Positions 10,692 through 21,300 of a DNA stretch of 64,000 nt are shown piece by piece. This DNA is from a virus: positions 10,044-74,043 of IMG/VR virus record IMGVR_UViG_3300035126_000631; one strand, 5' to 3'. The position numbers and the translations under genes are program-made. A model generated the notes under the pieces. The model did no database searches. It was not told the DNA's origin and saw only the letters and a program-made list of their open reading frames with translations. Each line of letters begins with the position of its first letter. Position 1 is the stretch's first letter.

Positions 10692-12371
10692 ATGGCTTTC
10701 GATATCACAAATCCGGCTACTTACAGCAAAGACTTCAAAAACCTTCTGCGGCAGAAGGGTTATGCTGGGAAGAAGGATGTCCCTGTCGAGGAACTGGAAG
10801 CTCTCTATGTGGACTACAGCGGAAAGCAGGAGCAGGACACCAAGGTAGCAACCAATCTGCTTTCGAGTGTGGCGGCAGATCCCGCGCCATATACCGGCGC
10901 AATGGCCAGCCAAGATACGTTTCAAGGCGATCAATCTTTCGACCTAACGCAGATAAACAACCAGGGCGGAAGCGGTCCGATTTTCTCGACGGTTCAAGCG
11001 GTCGATGAGCAAGAAGCCTTGAGGAGACAACAGGCGGAGCAAGCTGCCGCGCAACCTGACCCGAACGACCAGTTTCGGATGGTGGTGCAGGATCGTATTC
11101 TCCCCGCGATTGATGCGATCAAGCAGAAAAGATCGTCGGCAGCCGGCATCAAGAATACGTGGGAGCGGAAGATGCAGCAGGACAGTGTGGACCAGCTTGC
11201 CGCCACGAGGATCAATGACCTCGTAGCCAGCGGTCTCATCAACTCACAGGATGCTGGGTTGATTATGAAAAGAGCCGACGAATCCAAAGGTCTGACTTAC
11301 GAAGAGTCTTTGCGCGGATTCCTCTTTGACCGAATGAACCCGCAGCAACAGACCGAGGCGGGGGTCTCCGTAGATCCGGAAACGGCCGAGGCTTTGAAGG
11401 TCGCTGTGGATGTTTACAAGACGGCTGAAAGTGCAGCCGAATTACGCGCAGACGACCCGGCTGCTAGGCGTGCTGCTGATGACGCCTACAGAACGGTGCA
11501 GAATGTTAAGAAGAAAGCGGGTTTGTCAGTCGAGGTCAATCCCGTCGAAGACTATAAAACAGTGTTGCGAGATGTGAAGTTCTTGCAGAATGCACAGAAT
11601 GACGACACCCCGAGGGTGACCTTAAATGACCAAGTCATCGAAGAAGGTAGCTATGGTGACGCTTTACTCGGGTTGCAAACAAAGCTCGGAACAATAATGG
11701 CGTCTCCTGAATTTAGAGAAAAATTACCCGTAATTGATAGGAGAACCTTTGAAACCCCCGAAGACTACCAAGCCGCGATTCGGAAAGCGGGGCAACTCTA
11801 CCTAGACGAAAACGGGCAAGTGGTGACCCCAGATATTTTTGCGGAGAAAGAAAAGAAAGCCCGCTTTACTACTTTTAAGCCAAAGGAAAATGAACCTGTT
11901 CCTTCTACTCCGACGGCAGAGCAGCCGGCAAACAATCTCTCTAGAGCGAATAAGAACTTAATCCGCCGAATGATTCAAGAGGGCAAAGATTCGACAAATA
12001 CCAACTTCAAACCCACTCCCGAAATGATCGCCTCGGTCCGGGAAGAGATGAATGAGGAGCAGATCGAAAGTGCTCTACGTAGTCTTTATGCCGGCAACTC
12101 ATGGGCCAATAAGATCGGCTTCCGAAATCCGACGATTAAAGACGAAGATATGAGCGGCGTGCTCGGCCGGACCGAAGATCCCGAAGCAGCCAAGTTCCTC
12201 AGTGAAATCGATCCAGAGGTGGTTAAACAAGTCTACGAAAAAGCCGATCGACTCCAAGGATTCAGTGCTCGCGGGTTAAAGAATGAGGACGGCACATGGA
12301 GCCAGAAAGTCGACACCCCCGATAAGGTGCTGTCGCGTATCAGAGCATTAGCATCGAAGCGTGGTAAGTGA
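10692..12371 (+). CDS. putative internal virion protein
   Basis: 559 aa, charged helical protein directly before the giant ORF. Confidence 0.5.
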   Translation: MAFDITNPATYSKDFKNLLRQKGYAGKKDVPVEELEALYVDYSGKQEQDTKVATNLLSSVAADPAPYTGAMASQDTFQGDQSFDLTQINNQGGSGPIFSTVQAVDEQEALRRQQAEQAAAQPDPNDQFRMVVQDRILPAIDAIKQKRSSAAGIKNTWERKMQQDSVDQLAATRINDLVASGLINSQDAGLIMKRADESKGLTYEESLRGFLFDRMNPQQQTEAGVSVDPETAEALKVAVDVYKTAESAAELRADDPAARRAADDAYRTVQNVKKKAGLSVEVNPVEDYKTVLRDVKFLQNAQNDDTPRVTLNDQVIEEGSYGDALLGLQTKLGTIMASPEFREKLPVIDRRTFETPEDYQAAIRKAGQLYLDENGQVVTPDIFAEKEKKARFTTFKPKENEPVPSTPTAEQPANNLSRANKNLIRRMIQEGKDSTNTNFKPTPEMIASVREEMNEEQIESALRSLYAGNSWANKIGFRNPTIKDEDMSGVLGRTEDPEAAKFLSEIDPEVVKQVYEKADRLQGFSARGLKNEDGTWSQKVDTPDKVLSRIRALASKRGK

Positions 12372-12382
12372 TACCTTGACCG

Positions 12383-15300
12383 ATGGCTTGGTATGATGAC
12401 CCAGAAGAAGTCCGTCGCGTCACCGCAGAAGCTCTCGGACTCGGACTAGAGGATCCGGAATCCGCGGAGGAACCCGACCTCGGACCGCGGCTCAGTCTCA
12501 ATACGGTCGCCCCTGATGAGTCTCGTGCGGTTGAGGTGACCGAGAAGAAATGGTGGGAAGATCCGGATGCCGTCGAGGCGGCGATGCGGGAAGCGGGTGT
12601 TGCTGTGGCTGCTCCGATGCGGTCGAAACGGTCATTGACTGGAGAAATTGGCGCTGGATTGGAACGAGGCACAGACCAGACCCAGGGGCTTCTTTATGGA
12701 TTCAGCGGACTTCTTGGGCAGGCTATCGGGGTTGAAGAATTGGAGCAGTTTGGTTTGGAGAATTATGCCCGCAAGATGGAGGAGGCAGCGGAGAACCAAG
12801 CCTCGATCCAAGATCCGACCGAGGACATCGACGGGCTAGGGGACTTCGGTCTTTATGCGGCTGGGATAATAAGTGAGCAACTCCCGCAGCTTTTAATTTC
12901 TCTCGGTGGTGCAGGCTTGGGTGGGGCTGCGGCCAAAACAGCAGCCCAGCGCATCATCGCCAACGAAGTCGCCAAGCGCACGGCGGCAGGCATGGCCAAG
13001 AATGAAGCGGCAAAAGAAGTCGCGCAGCTTGTCGCACAGAACGCGCTGACCGCAGCCGGAACCGCCGCCAAGCGCGGGGCGGTCGGCGGGGCTTACTTGG
13101 CCAACTTCGGCCAGATCGCTGGCGGGAGTTTCGGGCAGATGGCACAGGAATTGGGTGAGGGTAATGCCGCGCAAGCGGCAGCATTTGCCGCGCCTGGAGC
13201 CGCACTCGACACGCTCGGGGAAGTCTTTGTCGCTGGAAAGTTTTTGAAGCCCCTCTCTCAAGCGCAACGTGCAGCCGTGGAAGGCGTGAAGCCTTTGACC
13301 CTCGGCCGCATCGGGGGAGGTCTTGCCGGTGGGGCGGCAAGTGGATCTGCTGTGGAGGGGCCGACTGAGTATATCCAAACCGGATTGGAGCAAGCGGCCC
13401 TCGGATCGGCAGACCCGAATCGCACGGTGGGGGATGTCGTTATGACGCCGGAAGCCGAACGTGAGCGTCAGATCGCCGCGGCGGCTGGTGCCACGGTCGG
13501 CGGTCTTCTCGGCGGTGCGGGTGGTGTGGTCGAAGTGGCGTTCTCCCCGCGGACGACCGAGGCGCTCCGGACAAAGAGGCAGCAACAGCAGACCGGAAGC
13601 GAATTGCCGCCCGAGCAAAGCCAAGAGCAGGAGCAACAGCAAGAAGCCCCCGCTGATGAAGAGTGGTCGGAGCCAATTACGATCCAGAGCCGCAACGAGG
13701 AATATAACAATCTCGAATACCGCCAGAACAAGGCGGGTCAGGTGTGGGCGTTCAATGTGCCAGAGGTGAGCCGCTTCGGAGCATTTGCCATCCCGACCAA
13801 ATACGGCCAAGGCGTTCTGCTTAATCCTGCGTTCGAAGGTGCTTCGGATATCCGCAGCGAAGTGAAGGCCAAGCTCGCGGAGATGGCCGATCCAGAGGCG
13901 TTCAAGGCACCGCCCGTCACACCGCCGAAGAAGGTCGAGGAGAACCTCGAAGATGCGGATCTGGTGGAGGGTGAAGAAGTTGCCTCCAACGCCGAGGAGC
14001 TTGCCGCTGCGGCCGAGCGCCGCCGTTTACGTGACCAAGAAATTTTGACCCGCGACTTGGAGTCCGCGGCGGCGACCTTGGCCCGCCCGCAAGAGGATGC
14101 CAAGGGCTTCGTCGACAATCTCAAGGAAGGCGACCAAGTCAGTGTGCTGACCGAGGACGGCGAAGGTAATGCCTTCGCGATCCCGATGACGTTCGTGCGG
14201 CTGAATCAAAACGGCCAAGCCCAACTCCGCAGTGAGCCGGATGAGGATAACAAAGTCGCCACCCGGCTTTACGATGCAGATGAGTTCAACCGGATCACGA
14301 CACGTCCGGCCGAGCAAGTGGCTCCCGCCGCCGCGACTACCGGAACTGGCATTAAGGTGTCGCCGCTAACCGCGCCGATCCGTCCTGCTGCCGAAGGTGA
14401 GCAGTTGAGTGAGGCCGAGCGGGCGCAGAATCTTCTCTACTTCAAAGATGTCGAGGGTTCGAAGATCGATGACAATCTTTGGATCAACTCGGCGCGTGAA
14501 CTCGGCGTGCCGATCACGCCGGAGACGACGGGTGCAATCGCCGAGCAGGAGATCCGCAACCGCTTCGGTGTCGAGCGCACTACGACCAAGCAGGATGATC
14601 CGGCGAGCCAAGTGCTCATGGACGCTCTCGGGCCGAACCCGACCAGACAGAAGCTCGAATCGATGACGGGCACGCGCTGGACGGGCAAGGGGAGCAAGTT
14701 CACCTGGATGTTGCCGGATAAGCTCGGCGGCAAAGGCATCCCAGTCACGACACGACTTTTCAATCGTAAGGCTCCGGCCGAGGCGTTGCCGATACCGCAG
14801 CGTTCGACGACCCGTGGATTCAAGCCCGAGGAGCAGGGCGGCACGGCTCCGGCTGCACCGGACATCCAGACCACAGGACCGGACCTCATTGCCAAGAGCA
14901 GCGCGGAATTTGTCGGTGTCCGCAAGGGCGAGAAAAACGAACTTGTCTCTGCCCGTCCGACCCGCGGGCAGGACAACGCGACTTATCTCCAAGAGGTCGA
15001 TACCGCTGCCGACACGACGATCCGGCAGATGAACTATCTTGGACAGCCCGTGCTGGTCACACCGGAGACGGCGCAATCGCTGGCCGAGGCCAACCAATTC
15101 TGGACTGAACACGAGCAGCGGCAGAAAGCAGGCACGGCTAAAGTGGATCGCCAGCCCGTGCGCTTCTATACGCAAGAGCGTTCGGATAAAGACGGCAACC
15201 GCAACACTTTCATCACGGGCGTCACCTATGAAGGGCGCACGTATCGTGTCGGCAAGACTCCGCAGGAATTTTCCGTAGATCGTGCGCTAACCCAGCGCGG

Positions 15301-18300
15301 AGCCAAGAGCCGACGCCGAGGCTTGGGGATCTACGATCCGATCCGTATCGCTTCGCCGTCCCGCATCGCACGAAGCGAGGCGGGTATGGCATCGGCCAAG
15401 ACAGAAGCAGGGGATGGTCCGCTGACAGAAGCCCTTCGCGGTGTGCAGGGTCGTGCCGCGATCGCAGAACTCAATGATGCCGAGAATGCGGTCTATGGCT
15501 TCTTCGATGATAAGATCACCAGTCCGATCCTGAATATCCAAGATCCGGCCGTGACGACCGAAGTGCGTGACACGGCGCTGGAAACAGCCAGGGGCAAGGT
15601 CGCGGCGGCATTCCTCAAAGCGAAGAAGGCCAACCCGAGCGAGAAGACCAAGGTGCTGCCCGGCCGTCAGCGCACGATCGGCGAAAAGGTCTCCGACAAA
15701 CTCATCGCCTACCAAGAAGCCAAGCGAGGTCTCGCGATTCAGGCTTTGCGCGACAAGTTCCGCGGGCTGAGTGAGAAGGCGACCGCAGCCAAAGCCGCAG
15801 CCCGCGGAACAGGCGCGGGTAAGGCGCTCAAGATGTCGCCGCAGGGGGCGATGAACCTCATCACCCGTGCCCGTCGAGGGCAGAAGGCCGGCATCCCCGA
15901 GGCCAAGCGTGCAACCCGCGATGAGGCGCTCACTGCGTTGCAGGAACTCGTGGACTTCGGTGCGCTCGATCAAGAGAAGAAGGACGCGCAGATCAGGCGC
16001 ATCCTCGATAAGGCCGAGAAGTTCTCCGAGGTCGATCGCGACTTCATGGCCGAGCAGATCATCTCGGAGTTGGCCGAAGCGGATAAAGCTCTTGCCACTC
16101 AGCAGGGGCGCAAGTATTCGCGCTCGACGGCCGAGGTTGCCCAAGATCGCCGCCTCGTCCTTTCCACTTTCAATCTCCTCAACGACTCCAGCATCCGCTC
16201 GCTCAATCCCTACAACATCGGCAATAGTGCCTTGAGCGCGGCCAAGCGCACGGCGACCCGCAAGGGTATGACCCGCGACGAGGTCAGCCTCGATGACGAG
16301 AACCAAGGGGCAGGCGATGAGGTGGCGCTAAAGGCCAGCCAGCCGGACGACAAGGGCCGGATCGATCAAGCCAAGCTGGCCGAGAGGGGCAAGCGGGTGG
16401 GCGTTGAGGACGCCGAGGGCGGGGAAATCGCACCGTTTACCAACAACATAGAGGAGGCTCTCAACCTGATGGACGAGTTGCCCGACTCTGACCGAGACCT
16501 TTTCCTGCGTTATGCCGGTATGGAGATTGAACGCCAAGCGGGCGAACGCAGTCAAACTAACCAACCACTCTCAGAAGTCGACCGACTCTGGGCCGGAAGG
16601 ATAAAATCATACCTCGATGGAAAAATTAACAGATCCCAGCTTGAATACTTCAGAAACGAAGAGCGTCGACTCGTCGAACGCACCACTCCCAGAGCGACCC
16701 CCGCTGAACTTACGAACCTTCGCCGCGGCGTATCAAATGAGGCGGCACTTTCCGGAGTTGCTGAATCGCGTGCCGCCCGAACTCCGGACACGGCTCCAAC
16801 AGGGCGAGCCGAGCGTGTTGTCGGATCTCCTGCGGACCCAGCCGGAACTGTTCAGGAATCAACTGCTGGGCAGACTGGAGGACGAGGCGTTCAGCCAACT
16901 CCTCGCCGGACAAGAGCCGTCGCCGCAGCAGCCCAGCGAGACTTCGCCGGAGCCATCCTTGGCCTAGACGAGGCCGAGACCGCGGCTCTGCCGCAAGGGA
17001 CAGTTGACCGCGTCTACCAGTCCTACCTTGCTACCTTTGATGGCGTCCTCGCGGAGCAGAGTAATAATCCCCTAACTGCATCCGCCGCACCCGCCGCCGA
17101 CACGGTGACGGCCGACGGCAAGAAGATGTTCGAGCGGTTCGCCGCCGCACGCCTCAATCCCAACCAGCAGCGTGCGGCCATCATCCGCAGCAACATGGCG
17201 CAAGCCTACCGCGCCGGACTCTTCGACGAAGATCCGGTCGTGTCGGCCATCAACAAGATCGCCACCGACAAGACGCAGCCGATGAACCTCCGGCTCATGG
17301 CCAAGGAGTTCGTCAAGAATGCCAAGCGCGGCGTGCGCTTCGACCGCGTCGTCCTCGACATCGGACGCTTCACCAAGCCGGGCAACAAGCAGACCACTTG
17401 GGCCGGACTCTTCAGCCTGACGCCCGAGGGCGCTCCGGTCGTCTCGATCAACCTGGACAACCTCCACGACAAGAACAGCGTCCCGCTCACTTTCCTCCAC
17501 GAACTCCAGCACGTCGTCATCCGCGACAAGGTGCGCCGCGCTATCCCGCTGACCCGCGCCGAGGAACAAGCCTTGGCCCGTCTGGAAGATCTCCGCAGCC
17601 AAGCGGTCATTGCCGCCGCCCGTCAGCAGGGCATTGAGGTCGGAGCCACACCGAACGTCAACGCGCTGGCCGAACGACTCTACGCCCTGACCGATCCGAA
17701 TAGCACGCAGAGCGGAGCCGCCGTCGACAACCGCCGCCTCGCCGGACTGGTCAACTTGGAAGAGTTCGTCATCGAGATGATCGGCAACCCCGACATGGTG
17801 CGGTTGCTCTCTGAACTTGGGTTCGGTGAAGCCCGCACCGACGGCAAACGCTTCAGCCTGACCGGCGCTCTCCGCAATGCTTGGAACGCGGTCGTCGAAC
17901 TTATCACCGGAGCTAAAGTTGACCCAACCAGTCCCTTGGCGATGGCGTTCAAGGATAGTTGGACGGTCAACTTCGGCACGGCTCGCAATCCTAACATCAC
18001 CGAGATCAAAGCGAGCAAACGCCTGGCCGACCGCCAGCAGGCCCAGACAAGGCAGCAGTATGTCGAAGGCGAGATCGAAGCCCGCGATATGGCCGGAACG
18101 ACCCGCGATCGCAACCGCATCATGCAGGAGATCACGGGTCCGGCCGACACGCAGACCGAAGCCATGCGTTCCTCGATGCTCGATGCCGCCCGCAACATGA
18201 CCGAGGATCAGTGGGTCGCCGCAGCCCGCGCTCAAGGATTCGACTTCGTCGATCCCGGTGCCGTCTACCGCCAAGCCAGAGCAGAAGCGGTGCAAGCTGC

Positions 18301-21300
18301 ACCGGAACAAGCTACAGGCGACACGGTTCAGGTTGCAGAGAGCCGTGCCGTAGCTCAACCAAGTGGCCAAGATCCTGAGAAGAGCATACAGGAGCAACTC
18401 GCAGAGAAGAGGCAACAACTCGCAGAGCTTCGAGCAGTCAATCGCGAAGAAACTGGACGTAGACTTCTTCAATTAGCTGAAGCTCGTGGAGAAAACTTTT
18501 TTCAACTTCCGAAAAACCTTTCAAACAGCGAAGACCTATTGACTGTTTTAGAGTCGACGGGCGCTCGGTTTTCAATGGTCAACATGAGACCTCCGGAGCA
18601 GGTGGAGGCTGGAGAATCACGTGAGATCATCCTTGGCTCACGCAACTCTGTTGTCCTCGGCCGTCGTGCCCTCTACGAAAAAGAAAACGGAGAGGTCTCA
18701 TCCGGAGACGTTGTTCGTAAGACGAACAGCGCAGTATTCATCCAAGACGGCAAAGATGTTGTGAGAATCCCCGCGGAAAGAGTTGTCGGGATCGACGGGA
18801 CGATAATGATTAAAGAGGAACCCGATCCATTTGGTTCTGTCTGGCCCGGTAAAGTATGGGCTGTTGATGCTTCAGACGGAGATACCAATGCTATTGTCGA
18901 TTCCACGCGCATCTATCAAGGGTTGTATCAATGGGCTGCAAATACAGGGCAAAAGATTGTCCCAGACAGCGCAGGGACTTCGCCGACTGGAAGCTACCGT
19001 CGCAACGCACAGCAGATCTCTAGTGCTCTTCGCCTACAATCGGCTGAACACTTCATACCGACAGAAGCTCAGTTGGACTTAATGTTCCCTGAGATAAGCA
19101 CTGATTCAGAAAAAGTAACCAAATGGTTAGGCTCTACTTTAGAAGAGAAGGTCGGGGCTTTGGCACTGGCCGAAGTCGGCTTCGTTGAACAGCTTCTCCC
19201 TGATCTTGTCTCACTTAGTTATGACCCAAACACTGATAGCTTCTTGGGAGAAGGCACACCCATTAGTAGAGACGAAGCAGGAAAACGACTTGATAACCTC
19301 CTTGCGGACCCGGAAGAGCAAGACCCAACTGATCCTATCCGAATCGGAGAGGCAACTCTTGTCAGGTATCTTGCAGCGAGATCCGCGCTTCAAGGGAGCT
19401 TCAGAGCAGACGCTCCGGTCTTGCGCTCTGAATCTACTTCTTTAGACAAGATCGCCTACAGCCGTGCCGTCGGTCGCCCGTTCGCATCCGACACGGCGAC
19501 GACTTACAACGGCAAGACCTACACGCGCCCTGGGCTGATCTTCGGCGAGAACGCCAACCTCGATCCCCAGGCTACGGAACTGGTCTCCATCCTCAAGAGG
19601 GTGAAGCGTGCGGCCGAGCAGTATGCCAATCTCAAGGGGCGGGAACTCAATCGCCTCATCAAGAAGTATTACAAGGACGAGCCGGTTCCGACCGACCTTA
19701 TCAACGATGCGCTGGGTAACCTCGACAACCCGCTGACCGATCAGCAGTTCGACGAGATCAAGCGGCTTGAATTGACCGACCCCGAAGCGGCGGTAGCCAA
19801 GCGAATCGCTTACCTCGGGGAGAACCGCGCACGTTTCCGCACCGAGCGTCAGGCTCCGGCCTTGCTTGCCCTGCCGGAAGAACTGGCCGAGTTCCTGCGT
19901 GAGATCGGCGGAAGCCGCGAAACTCCGGGCGACCTTTATCGTCTGCAAGAGGAAGCCCTCAAGCTCGGTATTCCGAAAGGTGACATGGCGACGGCTTTCA
20001 CTGAGAACCTCGGCATCTACCTGACCCGTAGTTACAACGCCTTCATCGATCAAGAAGGATGGGAGCGCACGCTCCGCGCCGAAGACGCCGCGCTCGGCGA
20101 GCAGTCGCGCATGGGGCAGTTCCGTAATCAAATCCGTTCCACGTTGATCGGCCAGCGGGCCGACGATCTGCTGACCAAGGCCCAAGAAGAGGGCCGCACG
20201 CTCTCCCGCGCCGAAGCCGAACGCCGCGCCAAGGAAGGCACGACGACCGAAGAGGTCGATCAAATGCTGGAGAGCTACATCGCCTACACCAAGGAAGAGG
20301 CTTCCTCGGAATCCTTCTCCGGTCTGCGTCTGCCCGGTCGCCAGAACATCAAGAGCTTGGAGCAGCGCAAGCGGCTCTCCGACGCCCTGCGCGAGTTCTA
20401 CGGCCAAGTGGAGAACCCGGCGGTCAACTTTGTCACCAGCTACGCGAAACTTTCCTCGCTCGTCGCCAACCATAAGTTCCAGACCGAACTGAAAAACCTC
20501 GGACTGAAAGAAGGCTGGCTCTGGGATCAGGAGAAGAACGTCGGACAGCGTCCTCCTTCCGGATACGAGCGCATCGCCGCCGACAACGACAAGTCCCTCA
20601 AGGTCTTGGCCGGACTCTACGCCCGCTCGGATCTTGTCCGTGGCTTGCGCGAGACGTTCCCGCCGAACTCGATGGAAGCGGCCCAGTGGTGGCTGCATCC
20701 GTTTATGAAGCTCACCGGACTTTCGATGGGCCTAAAGACTGTCGGCTCGATGGTATCCCAGATCCGCAACTACTGGAGTAGCTACGCTCCGATCATTGCC
20801 GGCGGCAACATGACGATCGCCGACTGGTTCCGCCCTGAGTGGCGCAAGAATTGGAAGGAGGCGCATGAGGTCTCGATCGCCAACGTGTTCCGTAAATACG
20901 GCGGCGACCGCCAGAAGATGACCAATCGGATCAAACGCCTCTACGAACTTGGCGTGATGGGTGAGTCGCTAACGGTCGGTCTCCTCAACGACCTAACCCG
21001 CCTCGGGAAAGATGCCTCGATCAGCGACGAGCAGTTCTTCAACAACTTCGAGAAGATCCTCAAGAAGCCGGGTCGCCGGGTCTGGAATGCGACCAAGCAA
21101 GTCTGGGAGAAAGCCGAGCAAGTCTACGGCATGACCGACGACATTTTCAAAGTGCTCACCTACCTCTCGGAGTTCGACAAATACCAGAAGGTCTATCCGA
21201 ATATGTCGGAGTCCGAGCTTGAGAAGAAAGCATCCGACATCGCCCGTGACATCCACTGGACGTATTCCAAGGCTCCTGCGGCGGTCAATGAACTCAAGAA

